Of a stretch of DNA of 64,000 nt, positions 1 through 13,612 are shown one piece after another; positions within the stretch are counted from its first letter, which is position 1; each line of letters opens with the position of its first letter. Below the pieces are notes generated by a model that saw only the letters and a list, made by a program, of their open reading frames with translations, was not told the DNA's origin and searched no databases. The DNA lies in assembly GCA_964202905.1 (NCBI GenBank), contig CAXNJO010000009.1, positions 64,001-128,000 on the forward strand, written 5' to 3'. The DNA is from Polyangiales bacterium (GTDB lineage Bacteria; Myxococcota_A; Polyangia; Polyangiales; JADJQN01). The position numbers and the translations under genes were made by a program.

Positions 1-2
1 AG

Positions 3-701
3 GCCCTGCGCGCGAGCCCGCAGAGCATCGCCGTCGTCTACCTCGACCCGGACGACAAGGCCGCGATGCGCGAGCTCGGCGAGGAGTCGCGGCGGCGCGA
101 CGTGCGCCTCGAAGAGCGCTCGCCCGCGGAGCTCGACGCGCTCGCGGGTGGGCTGCGCCACCAGGGCGTCATCGCCATCACGGGCGAGTACTCCTACCTC
201 GACCTCGACACGCTGCTCCGTCGGCTCCCTGCCGAGCGCCCGCTGCTCGTCGCGCTCGACGAGATCACGGACCCCCACAATTTCGGCGCGATCGTGCGGA
301 GCGCGGTCGCGTTCGGCGCCGACGGCCTGCTCACGCTGAAGCACCGCGCCGCGCCCGTCACCCCCGTCGTCGTGCGGGCCTCCGCCGGCGCGACGGAGCA
401 CGCGGCCATCGCGCGCGTGACGAACCTCGCGCAGAGCCTCGACCTGCTCGCCGAGCGCGGGATGGACGTCGTCGGCCTCGACATGGGCGGAGACCTCGAG
501 ATCGATGCGATCGAGGTGGGGCCCGGTGGGCTCGTGCTCGTGGTCGGCAGCGAGGGGAACGGCCTGCGCCGCCTGACGCGCGCGCGCTGCACGCACATCG
601 CGAGCATCCCGATGTACGGACCGATCGCCTCGCTCAACGCGAGCGTCGCAGCGGGCATCGCGATCCACCACGCGAGCCGCGCCCGCCTGCGCGCGCCGTG
701 A
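3..701 (+). CDS. rlmB: 23S rRNA (Gm2251) 2'-O-methyltransferase, SpoU/TrmH family (5' end outside window)
   Basis: SPOUT motifs EITDPHNFGAIVRSA, VVGSEGNGL, SLNASVAAG; frame is open back to the window edge. Confidence 0.85.
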   Translation, partial: ALRASPQSIAVVYLDPDDKAAMRELGEESRRRDVRLEERSPAELDALAGGLRHQGVIAITGEYSYLDLDTLLRRLPAERPLLVALDEITDPHNFGAIVRSAVAFGADGLLTLKHRAAPVTPVVVRASAGATEHAAIARVTNLAQSLDLLAERGMDVVGLDMGGDLEIDAIEVGPGGLVLVVGSEGNGLRRLTRARCTHIASIPMYGPIASLNASVAAGIAIHHASRARLRAP

Positions 702-719
702 TCGCGCCCGCCTGCGCGG

Positions 720-1724
720 TCAGTGAGGTTGCGCGTCGAGGACGAACGCGACCACGGCGTCGAGCTGGGACGGGTCGTCGGCGAACATCGCGACGCCGTG
801 CGAAACACCCGGCACGAGGCGCAGCGTCGAGCGGGTGACGATGCGGTCGAGCACCTCGCCCGTCTCCTGCGACATCGCCTCGTCCGTCGCGCGCAGGACG
901 AGCAGTTCACGCTCGCCGAGGCGCGAGGCCGGCACAATCGCGTCGAAGCCCCGGTAGGCGCGGCCGGGCGAGAGCACCACCACCCGCACGGCGCGCGGGT
1001 CCTCGGCGGCGGCGGCGAGGCAGGCCGTCCCGCCGATGCTCGAGCCGATCAGCACGATTGAGCGCGCGTCGGGACCCTGGAGACCCGCGAGCCCTTCGAG
1101 CCCCGCGAGGTGGTCGATCGCCGCGCGCACGTCCTTCGCGGTCGCGCGCCAGTCCTCGTCGCGGAACGCGCCGTACACGAGCGTGCGCGGCCGCGGTCCG
1201 GCGATCGCGGTGCTCGCGCCGTGCCCGCGCAGGTCGATCGCGAGCGTCGTCAGGCCCTCGGCGGCGAGCCGCGCGACGAGCGGCTCCCACTCGGCGCGCG
1301 TGCTGCCGAGCTGGTGCACGAGCACGACCGGGACCGTGCCCGGGCGGCCGCGTCGCAACGTCGCGGAGATCGAGACGCCGTCCGAGGTCGGGAAGACGAC
1401 GACCTCCGGTGCACCGGAGGGCTCCGCCGGCGAACTCGGCGGCGGCGCGGTCTCTGCGGCGGTGCGCGTGCGATCGGCCGGTGTCGTGACGCGCTCCCGA
1501 GGCGACACGGACGCCGCCGGCGACGTGCGGGCGGGCCCCGGCGCGCCGCGTTCGGGCTGCTCGCGACGGCAGCCGCCCACGAGGACGGCGACGAGCGCGA
1601 CGCCCGCGAGCGCTCCGACGACACGGCGCGATCCCAAGGGCGCGACGCGCCCGGATGAGGCCTGCAGACGAGGGGCGAGGCGCGGCGTGGAGCGCGAGGT
1701 ACGCGCGGGTCGGGGCGGTCGCAT
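720..1724 (-). CDS. Alpha/beta-hydrolase fold lipoprotein
   Basis: C-terminal half of ORF 720..2540: lipobox-like VLVGGC, LVHQLG, IDLRGHG, nucleophile elbow GSSIGG, C-terminal SHG; start chosen at ATG 1724 (TATGCT 9 nt upstream). Confidence 0.75.
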   Translation of the reverse strand: MRPPRPARTSRSTPRLAPRLQASSGRVAPLGSRRVVGALAGVALVAVLVGGCRREQPERGAPGPARTSPAASVSPRERVTTPADRTRTAAETAPPPSSPAEPSGAPEVVVFPTSDGVSISATLRRGRPGTVPVVLVHQLGSTRAEWEPLVARLAAEGLTTLAIDLRGHGASTAIAGPRPRTLVYGAFRDEDWRATAKDVRAAIDHLAGLEGLAGLQGPDARSIVLIGSSIGGTACLAAAAEDPRAVRVVVLSPGRAYRGFDAIVPASRLGERELLVLRATDEAMSQETGEVLDRIVTRSTLRLVPGVSHGVAMFADDPSQLDAVVAFVLDAQPH

Positions 1725-1769
1725 GCGCCCGCGAGCATAGCGCAGCCGGGGCTCGTGTAAGCTGGGCCG

Positions 1770-2501
1770 ATGCCGAGGACCGCCGCCGTGCTCGTGATCG
1801 GGAACGAGATCCTGACGGGCAAGATTCAGGACCAGAACGTCGCGTTCGTCGCGCAGGAGCTGTTCGCGCTCGGCGTGTCGCTGCGGCGGGTCATCGTGTG
1901 CCCGGACGAGGTCGAGGTCATCGCGAGCGACCTCAACGCGCTGCGCCACGCGCACGACTTCGTGTTCACGACCGGCGGCGTCGGCCCGACGCACGACGAC
2001 GTGACGATCGCCGGCGTCGCGGCGGCCTTCGGGCGCGCGGTCGTCCGCGATCCGCGCATGGAGACGATGTTGCGCGCGCACTACAAGGACCGCCTCGGTG
2101 AAGGGCACCTGCGCATGGCCGACGTGCCCGAGGGGGCCGCGCTGCTCAGCACGCCCGAGGTGCCGTGGCCGACGGTGAACCTCGAGAACGTCTTCATCTT
2201 CCCGGGCGTGCCGGAGCTCGTGCGGCTGAAGTTCCCGCAGCTGCGCGAGCGACTGCGCGAGGGGGCGGGCTTCGTGAGCCGCGCCGTCTACACGACGAGC
2301 GACGAAGGCGACATCGCAGCGCTGCTCGATGCGGTGGTGGCCGCGTTCCCGGAGGTGTCCATCGGCAGCTACCCGCAGTGGCGCGAGCCGTCGTACCGCA
2401 CGAAGCTCACCGTCGACGGCCGCGATCCGGAGCGCGTCGAGGCCGCGATCGTGCGGCTGCGCGAGGGCCTCGGCGAGGCGCGCCTCGTCACGCCTCCGTG
2501 A
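1770..2501 (+). CDS. CinA-like / molybdopterin-binding (MoCF_biosynth) domain protein
   Basis: VIGNEILTGKIQDQN, TTGGVGPTHDDVT and FPGVP motifs of the CinA N-terminal domain. Confidence 0.85.
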   Translation: MPRTAAVLVIGNEILTGKIQDQNVAFVAQELFALGVSLRRVIVCPDEVEVIASDLNALRHAHDFVFTTGGVGPTHDDVTIAGVAAAFGRAVVRDPRMETMLRAHYKDRLGEGHLRMADVPEGAALLSTPEVPWPTVNLENVFIFPGVPELVRLKFPQLRERLREGAGFVSRAVYTTSDEGDIAALLDAVVAAFPEVSIGSYPQWREPSYRTKLTVDGRDPERVEAAIVRLREGLGEARLVTPP

Positions 2502-2616
2502 AGGAACGCGATCACGCAAGACGCCCGCGGCGGACGACACACGACGTCCAATTCAGGATATCGGTTGCACGAATCGGGATTCGCGATCTGAAGATCGCCT
2601 GACGCGCGACGCGCGG

Positions 2617-2943
2617 TCAGGGAGGAACGGCGCGCAGGCCGACGCGCACCGTCGTGATTCCCGGGCGCAGCGTGACGGTCACGTCGTGGGGGAAGTAGCC
2701 GTCCGCCTGCACCGTGACGTGCCGCGCGCCCGGCGCGAAGGCCAAGGGGCGCAGCGCGAGCAGACGTGCGCTGCCGGCGAAGCGGTCGTCGACGTAGACC
2801 GTGGCGGTCTCCGGGACGGCGACGACGCGCAGCCGCGCGGGCTCCGGGCGCACCGGCAGCGGCGTGCAGGCGGCGACGCCGAGCGCCGCGAACAACGCAG
2901 AAACGGCGTGCGCCCGGCGCACGGCGCGGAGCGTGCCGCGCAT
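2617..2943 (-). CDS. Small PEGA-domain lipoprotein
   Basis: Lipobox LGVAAC; PETATVYVDDRFAG...PGARHVTVQADGY PEGA pattern; ATG overlaps the guaA stop (ATGA). Confidence 0.7.
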   Translation of the reverse strand: MRGTLRAVRRAHAVSALFAALGVAACTPLPVRPEPARLRVVAVPETATVYVDDRFAGSARLLALRPLAFAPGARHVTVQADGYFPHDVTVTLRPGITTVRVGLRAVPP

Positions 2944-4490
2944 CACTCCCACTCGATCGTCGCGGGCGGCTTCGAGGAGATGTCGTAGACGACGCGGTTG
3001 CAGCCCCGCACCTCGTTGATGATGCGCGCGCTCACCTTGCCGAGCAGCTCGTAGGGCAACTTCGCCCAGTCGGCCGTCATCCCATCGCGCGACTGCACCG
3101 CGCGGATCGCGACGACGGAGTCGTACGTGCGCTCGTCGCCCATCACACCCACGGTGCGCACCGGCAGGATCACGCAGAAGCTCTGCCAGACGCTCTCGTA
3201 GAGGCCCGCCGCGCGGATCTCCGCGTCGAGGATCGCCTCGGCCTCACGGAGGATGCGGAGGCGCTCCTCGGTCACCTCGCCGATGCAGCGGATCGCGAGA
3301 CCGGGCCCGGGAAACGGCTGCCGCCAGAGGACATGGTGCGGCATGCCGAGCGCGGCGCCGACCTCGCGGACCTCGTCCTTGAAGAGCTCGCGCAGCGGCT
3401 CGACGAGCTTGAGCTTCATGTGCGCGGGCAGTCCGCCGACGTTGTGGTGGCTCTTGATGACGGCGCTCGGCCCCTTGAACGACACGCTCTCGATCACGTC
3501 GGGGTAGAGCGTGCCCTGCACGAGGTGCTTCACGTCGGTCAGCTTCTTCGCCTCGTCGTCGAAGACCTCGATGAAGACGCGCCCGATGATCTTGCGCTTC
3601 TGCTCGGGGTCGGTGACCCCTGCGAGGGCGTCGAGGAAGCGCGCCGCGGCGTCGACGTGCACGAGGTTCAAGTGGAAGTGGTCGCGGAACATGCGGACCA
3701 CCTCGCCGGCCTCGTCCTTCCGCAGCACACCGTTGTCGACGAAGATGCAGGTGAGGCGCTCGCCGATCGCCTTCGACACGAGCATCGCGGCGACCGAGGA
3801 GTCGACGCCGCCCGAGAGCCCGCAGACGGCCGACGCGTCGCCGACCTGCTCGCGGATGCGCGCGACCGCCTCGTCGACGAAGGAGCCCGGCGTCCAGCTC
3901 GGCGCGCAGCCCGCGACGCCGAAAAGGAAGGACGCGAGCATCTCGGCGCCGCGCGGCGTGTGCACGACCTCGGGGTGGAACTGCACGCCGTAGATGCGCC
4001 GCGCGTCGTCGCCCATCGCGGCGAACGGCGTGCTCTCGGTGGTGGCGAGCACCTCGAAGCCGGGCGGGATCGCCTCGACGCGGTCGCCGTGGCTCATCCA
4101 CACGTCGACGTCGTCGCCCGCCGAGAACGCGCCGAGCAGGCCTGCGCCCTGCGCGACGCGGATGCTTGCTGCGCCGTACTCGCGGTGCTCGGCGCGCGCG
4201 ACGTGGCCGCCGAGCAGGTGACACGTGAGCTGCATCCCGTAGCAGATGCCGAGCATTGGCACGCCGAGCGCGAAGAGCGCGGGGTCGACCGTCGGTGCGC
4301 CCTCCCCGTACACGCTCGCGGGGCCGCCCGAGAGCACGATCGCGCGCGGCGCGAGCGCGCGGATCTGCGCGAGCGGGAGCGTGCACGGGTGGATCTCGCA
4401 GTAGACGTGCTGCTCGCGGATGCGTCGCGCGATCAGCTGCGTGTACTGCGAGCCGAAGTCGAGGATGAGGACGAGCTGGCGGGTCGTCAT
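2943..4490 (-). CDS. guaA: GMP synthase (glutamine-hydrolysing)
   Basis: [54 protein letters not shown]. Confidence 0.97.
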   Translation of the reverse strand: MTTRQLVLILDFGSQYTQLIARRIREQHVYCEIHPCTLPLAQIRALAPRAIVLSGGPASVYGEGAPTVDPALFALGVPMLGICYGMQLTCHLLGGHVARAEHREYGAASIRVAQGAGLLGAFSAGDDVDVWMSHGDRVEAIPPGFEVLATTESTPFAAMGDDARRIYGVQFHPEVVHTPRGAEMLASFLFGVAGCAPSWTPGSFVDEAVARIREQVGDASAVCGLSGGVDSSVAAMLVSKAIGERLTCIFVDNGVLRKDEAGEVVRMFRDHFHLNLVHVDAAARFLDALAGVTDPEQKRKIIGRVFIEVFDDEAKKLTDVKHLVQGTLYPDVIESVSFKGPSAVIKSHHNVGGLPAHMKLKLVEPLRELFKDEVREVGAALGMPHHVLWRQPFPGPGLAIRCIGEVTEERLRILREAEAILDAEIRAAGLYESVWQSFCVILPVRTVGVMGDERTYDSVVAIRAVQSRDGMTADWAKLPYELLGKVSARIINEVRGCNRVVYDISSKPPATIEWE

Positions 4491-4555
4491 GAGGCCGCGG
4501 ACCTATCACGCGCGCGCCCGCCTGGGTAGCGGGCTGAGCGCGCCGCGGCCGGACT

Positions 4556-8333
<3,778 letters not shown>

Positions 8334-8534
8334 GGGAGTTCCCGGATGAAAAGAAGGGCCCGCGGGGAGGCGGGCGGGGGCGGAGCGTGGCGACCGCTCG
8401 GGGGGCCGTCAACCCCGGGCGCTCGGACGCAGCGCGCCCGGAGACATTCACCCGCCGCGCCGGGCGCACGCGACACACGCCGTCGACGCGCCGCGTCGTC
8501 GCGGTTGCGGGGCCCGGTGCTAAGGCTGCCAGCC

Positions 8535-10243
8535 ATGACATCCCCGACGATCTCCGGCCCGCGCCCGGTGCGCGCCCCGCGCGGCACGACCCTGCGCTGC
8601 CGCGGTTGGCAGCAGGAAGCCGCGCTGCGGATGCTCATGAACAACCTCGATCCCGACGTGGCCGAGCGGCCGGACGACCTCGTCGTCTACGGCGGCACGC
8701 GGCAAGGCCGCGCGCTCGTGGGCCGCGTTCGACGCGATCGTCGGCGACGCTCGAGCAGCTCGACGACGACGAGACGCTGCTCGTGCAGTCGGGCAAGCCC
8801 GTCGGGCGCTTGCCGCACGCACGCCGACGCGCCGCGCGTGCTGCTCGCGAACTCGACTCGATCGTCCCGCACTGGGCGACGTGGCAACGAGTTCCGACGA
8901 CCTCGAGGCCAAGGGGCTGACGATGTACGGCCAGATGACGGCCGGCTCGTGGATCTACATCGGCACGCAGGGCATCTTGCAGGGCACCTACGAGACCTTC
9001 GCCGAGGCGGGGCGGCAGCACTTCTCGGCGGACGGCGTCGCCGGGCCGAAGAACTGGGCGGGGCGCTGGATCCTCTCGGCGGGGCTCGGCGGGATGGGCG
9101 GCGCGCAGCCGCTCGCGGCGACGATGGCGGGCGCGTCGTTCCTCGGCGTCGAGATCGATCCGCAGCGCGCGCAGCGGCGCCTCGAGACGCGCTACGTCGA
9201 TCGGCTCACGCACTCGCTCGACGAGGCGCTCGCGTGGATCCGCGAGGCGTGCGCAGCGCGCGCGGCCGTCTCCGTCGCGCTCGTCGGCAACGCGGCGCAG
9301 GTCTACCCGGAGCTCGTGCGGCGCGGCGTCACGCCGGACTTCGTCACCGAGCAGACGAGCGCGCACGATCCGCTGAACGGTTACGTGCCCTCCGACGTGT
9401 ACGCTCGCCGACGCGCGGGGGCTCGCGCGAGCGCGATCCAGCGCGGCTTCGAGCAGCGCGCGCGCGAGGGCATGGCGGCCGAGGTCAACGCGATGCTCGA
9501 GATGGTGCGGCGCGGCGCGTTCGCGCTGCGACTACGGCAACAACATCCGCGAAGAGGCGCGGCGCGCGGGCGTCGAGCGCGCCTTCGACATCCCGGGCTT
9601 CGTGCCGGCGTACGTCCGGCCGCTCTTCTGCGAGGGCAAGGGGCCCTTCCGCTGGGTCGCGCTCTCGGGCGATCCGGAGGACATCCGCGTCACGGACGCC
9701 GCGATCAAGGAGCTCTTCCCCGCGGACGCCGCCCTCCACCGCTGGCTCGACATGGCCGAAGAGCGCGTCGCCTTCCAGGGGTTGCCCGCGCGCATCTGCT
9801 GGCTCGGCTACGGCGACCGCGCGAGGGCGGGCCTGCGCTTCAACGAGCTGGTGCGCGACGGCAAGGTGAAGGCGCCCATCGTCATCGGCCGCGACCACCT
9901 CGACTGCGGCTCGGTCGCGAGCCCGAACCGCGAGACGGAGGGCATGATCGACGGCTCGGACGCGATCGGCGACTGGCCCGTGCTCAACGCGATGCTCAAC
10001 GTCGCGAACGGCGCCACGTGGGTGAGCATCCACCACGGCGGCGGCGTCGGCATCGGCTACTCGCTGCACGCAGGCGACGTCATCGTCGCCGACGGCACGC
10101 CCGACGCAGCGCGGCGCCTCGAGCGCGTGCTCACCGGCGACCCCGGCATGGGCGTCATCCGGCATGCGGACGCCGGCTACGAGATCGCGATCGAGACGGC
10201 GGCGAAGAAGGGCGTGCACGTGCCGCACCGGACCGCGGGATGA
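8535..10243 (+). CDS. hutU: Urocanate hydratase (several 1-nt indels, probably sequencing errors)
   Basis: [81 protein letters not shown] spread over alternating frames; shifts near 8700-8900, ~9400 and ~9530. Confidence 0.92.
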
Positions 10244-11500
10244 AGGTCGACCTGCTGGTGCGCGGGGCGCGCGTCGCGACGTGCGCGGGCCCAGCGTCGG
10301 GCACGCCAACCGAGCGACTCGGCCTGATCGCGCGGGGCGCAGTCGCCATCACAGAAGGTCGCATCGCGTGGGTCGGACCGGACGACGAGGCCGCGTCGAT
10401 CGCGCAGGACGCGGCGCGCACGATCGACGCGCGCGGCTGCGTGCTCCTGCCCGGGCTCGTCGATCCGCACACGCACCTCGTCTTCGCGGGGAGCCGCGTC
10501 GACGACCTCGCGCGGAAGCTCGCTGGCGAGAGCTACGCGTCGATCGCGGCCGCGGGCGGCGGCATCGCCTCGACCGTCCGCGCGACGCGCGCCGCCGACG
10601 ACGACACGCTCTTCGCGCTCGCGAAGGCGCGGGCCCTCGCGATGCGCGCGGGCGGCACCACGAGCGTCGAGGTCAAGAGCGGCTATGGCCTCGATACCGC
10701 AACCGAGTTGCGATTGCTCGCGATTGGGCGGCGCCTCGCGCGCGAGGGTCTCGTCCACACGACGACGACGCTCCTCGGCGCGCACGCCGTGCCGCCCGAG
10801 CGCCGCGACGACCGCGCGGGCTATCTGCGCGAGGTGCGCGAGGCGATGATCCCCGCCGCGGCGAACGCACGGCTCGCGGACACGGTCGACGTCTACTGCG
10901 ATGAATCGGCATTCAGTCTCGCCGAGACGCGCGGCGTCTTCGCAGCGGCGCGGCGCGCGGGGCTGGCGGCTGCGCGCGCACGTCGGGCAGTTCCGCGACC
11001 TCGGCGGCGCGGAGCTCTGCGCGGAGTTCGGCGCGCTCTCGGCCGACCACCTCGAGGAGGTGAGCGACGACGGCCTGCGCGCCCTCGCCCGCGCCGGGAC
11101 GACGGCGGTGCTGCTCCCGGGCGCGTGGCGCACGCTGCGGCAGCGCCCGCCCGACGCCGCGCGGCTGCGGGCCTTCGGCGTGCGCGTCGCCGTCGGCACC
11201 GACTGCAACCCCGGCACGAGCCCGTCGACCGATCTCGGCCTCGCCGCTGCGCTCGCCGCGCGCGACGCGGGGCTCTCGCTCGAGGAGGCCGTCCTCGCCG
11301 TGACGTGCGAGGCCGCGCGCGCCGCGGGCCTGCGCGACGCGGGCCGCATCGTGGTCGGCGCCCGCGCGGATCTCGCGCTCTTCCCAGGGGATGACCCCCG
11401 CCTCGTCGCCTATGCGCTCGGCGGACTGCGCGCCGCGCTCGTCGTGCTCGGGGGCCGCGTCGTCGTTGAGAACTCGTCCGGGGACGCGCGGCTCTGGTAG
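10240..11500 (+). CDS. hutI: Imidazolonepropionase (frameshift near 10968)
   Basis: [41 protein letters not shown] overlaps the hutU stop. Confidence 0.9.
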
Positions 11501-11514
11501 CGTCGCGGCGTCGC

Positions 11515-11880
11515 ATGGAACCGGAATTCGATCTCGACGCGGCCTACGAGCTCTATCTCGAGCGCTTCGCCAAACGCTTCGGCGACAAGCCTCTCGGCGC
11601 CTTCGTCAAGGTGGACCGCCACATGGTGACCAAGCTCGCGCGCGGCGAGTTCGCAGAGCGCCTCTCCGAGTACCTGCGCATGCACGAGGCCTGCAAGCAG
11701 ATGCTCAGCTCGGGCGCGACGATCAACGACGCGATTATGCTCGACTTCGCCGAGGTCGCGGCCTGGGTGTGCGTGCAGGCCCCCGACATGCTCGCCATGT
11801 TCCGCGGCGAGCTGGGCGACCCCGACGCGACGGCGCCCCTGGCGCGCACGACGCGCCCCGCAGGCCCCAGCCCCCGCTGA
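11515..11880 (+). CDS. Hypothetical protein (121 aa)
   Basis: Protein-like composition in an otherwise unoccupied interval; no motif recognised. Confidence 0.65.
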   Translation: MEPEFDLDAAYELYLERFAKRFGDKPLGAFVKVDRHMVTKLARGEFAERLSEYLRMHEACKQMLSSGATINDAIMLDFAEVAAWVCVQAPDMLAMFRGELGDPDATAPLARTTRPAGPSPR

Positions 11881-11902
11881 CGAGCGCCGCGCGCGAGCCC
11901 GG

Positions 11903-11958
11903 CACAGAGAGCGCGGCGCAGAGAGCGCGGCGCAGACATCGCGGCGCAGAGAGCGCGG
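11903..11958. repeat. Tandem repeat, 4 x 14 bp (consensus CGCAGAGAGCGCGG)
   Basis: CACAGAGAGCGCGG / CGCAGAGAGCGCGG / CGCAGACATCGCGG / CGCAGAGAGCGCGG, intergenic between convergent genes. Confidence 0.88.
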
Positions 11959-11996
11959 ACGGACGCGCACCGCGCCGGCCGCTCAACGCGCGCCGC

Positions 11997-12344
11997 TCAC
12001 CAGCTGCGCGGGAGCGTGGCGGTGTCGACGTGCGCGAGCGCGTAGCGGATGAGCGCGCTGCGGCTCATCTTGCGGTGCCCGCCTGCCTTCAGCGCGCGGA
12101 CCTTCTCGTCGAGCGCCGCGAGGTCTTCGCGGTAGAGCGAGATGCAGATCACCTCGTAGGGGAGCGCCTCTTTCGGGAGGGCGCGCGAGGGTGGCTTGGC
12201 GCGGCGCGCGGGCGGCGCGGGCGGCGCGGGGAGCGCCTCGTCGGGCGCGCTCCGGAAGAAGGTGTCGCGGAGGACGTCGCGCACCTCCTCGCCTTCGAAC
12301 AACGCGTGCGCCGCGGCGCTGCGGCTTCGGTCGGACGTCGTCAT
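11997..12344 (-). CDS. Small ribbon-helix-helix (CopG/ParG-like) protein, probable ParA partner
   Basis: Pro/Ala-rich flexible N-half, then EVICISLYREDLAALDEKVRALK...MSRSALIRYAL (beta strand, helix, SRSxLIR helix); GGAG SD; 22 bp after the parA stop. Confidence 0.7.
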   Translation of the reverse strand: MTTSDRSRSAAAHALFEGEEVRDVLRDTFFRSAPDEALPAPPAPPARRAKPPSRALPKEALPYEVICISLYREDLAALDEKVRALKAGGHRKMSRSALIRYALAHVDTATLPRSW

Positions 12345-12366
12345 CGGATCTCTCCTCGCGGCGCGC

Positions 12367-13485
12367 TCAGAGCGCCGCGCGCATCTCCGTGAGGGGCTGA
12401 ACCGGGCGCGCGACGGCAGCGGGCAAGTCGTCCGCGAGCGCGCCGACCGAGGCCGCGAGCACGCGCTCGACGAGCGCGAGGTAGTCCTGCGCGCCGTGGC
12501 TGTCGGGGGCGTACTCGAAGATGGTCTTCTTCACGCTCGGCGCCTCGCGCAGCTTCGTGTTCACGCGGATGGGCGGCAGGCAGTGCGCGCCGAAATGCGC
12601 CGTGAGCGCAGCGACCGCCTCGCGCGCGGCCTTGTTGCGCACGTCGTAGAACGTCGGCACGACGCCAAGGATCGCGACGTCGTGCTTGAGCATCTCGCGC
12701 ACGTTCTTCAGCGTGCGCAACACCTGCTTGACCCCGACCAGCGAGAGGTAATCGCACGAGACGGGGATGATCACGCTGTCCGCGTACACGAGCGCGTTCT
12801 GGTTCATGAGCGAGAGCGCGGGGGCGCAGTCGAGCACGACCACGTCGTACGCGTCGGCGCGGCCGCCGAGGCGCTCGCGCATGACGCGGTCGCGGTTCGG
12901 ACGACCGGCGAGGTAGAGCTCGGCGGCGGCGAGCAGCTCGTTCGAGGTGAGCACGTCGAGCCCGTCGCGCACCGGCACCGCGCACTCCTCGACGGACGCG
13001 CCGTTCACGAGCACGTGATAGAGCGAGCGCTCGCCGCGGATGCCGAGCGAGACGCCCACGTTGCCCTGCCCGTCCGCGTCGACGAGCAGCACGCGCTTGC
13101 CCTTCTCCGCGAGCGCGGCGGCGAGGTTCACGGCCGTGGTCGTCTTGCCAACGCCGCCCTTGTGGTTGAAGACGGCGATGCGACGCGGCCCCTCCGCCTG
13201 CACCGCGCCGCGCGCGCGCACCGCGCCGACGCCACGCTCACGGCAGCCCGTCGAGCAGAAGTAGACCGGCGCGCCATCGTGCGTCGCGCACTGGTACGCG
13301 TACTCGAACACGAAGGGCTTCGCGCAGACGCTGCACGCGCACGCGGCCTCGGCGCGGACGCCGCGCGCCTGGCACGCCTGCGAGCAGAAGTGGACGAAAC
13401 GCCCGCCCTCCTCGCGCACCTGATAGCGGAACTTCGGCGCGAACTCCTTGCTGCACACGCTGCACGTCGACGCGGACGACTCCAT
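12367..13485 (-). CDS. ParA/Soj family ATPase with two N-terminal TRASH/MYM-like Cys4 domains
   Basis: CSVC..FCSQAC and CSVC..FCSTGC modules; deviant Walker A KGGVGKTT, VLLVDADGQGN, Walker B VVLDCAP, C-terminal LREAPS; ATG 13485 with GGGGAG SD. Confidence 0.9.
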   Translation of the reverse strand: MESSASTCSVCSKEFAPKFRYQVREEGGRFVHFCSQACQARGVRAEAACACSVCAKPFVFEYAYQCATHDGAPVYFCSTGCRERGVGAVRARGAVQAEGPRRIAVFNHKGGVGKTTTAVNLAAALAEKGKRVLLVDADGQGNVGVSLGIRGERSLYHVLVNGASVEECAVPVRDGLDVLTSNELLAAAELYLAGRPNRDRVMRERLGGRADAYDVVVLDCAPALSLMNQNALVYADSVIIPVSCDYLSLVGVKQVLRTLKNVREMLKHDVAILGVVPTFYDVRNKAAREAVAALTAHFGAHCLPPIRVNTKLREAPSVKKTIFEYAPDSHGAQDYLALVERVLAASVGALADDLPAAVARPVQPLTEMRAAL

Positions 13486-13517
13486 CTCGGCTCCCCTCGC
13501 AGGCGCGGCGCGCGGCA

Positions 13518-13560
13518 CTTGCCGAAGTGCTTCGCGGCCGGCTTGCGGAGGTGCTTAGCG
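13518..13560. repeat. Imperfect 19-bp direct repeat upstream of parA (candidate operator)
   Basis: CTTGCCGAAGTGCTTCGCG (13518-13536) vs CTTGCGGAGGTGCTTAGCG (13542-13560), 16/19 identical; first copy overlaps palindrome GCACTT-gccg-AAGTGC (13515-13530). Confidence 0.6.
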
Positions 13561-13612
13561 AAGAACGCCGCCGCGGGGCAACAAAGCGGCAGACGGGCGT
13601 CGCGGCCGCGGC

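Noticed and set aside
11903..11958. Tandem repeat as a CRISPR array
   Set aside because: 14-bp units with no spacers and no cas genes in the window
12367..13612. Canonical parABS locus
   Set aside because: No ParB CTPase gene and no full parS palindrome (GTTCCACGTGGAAC-like) seen; only half-matches inside coding regions
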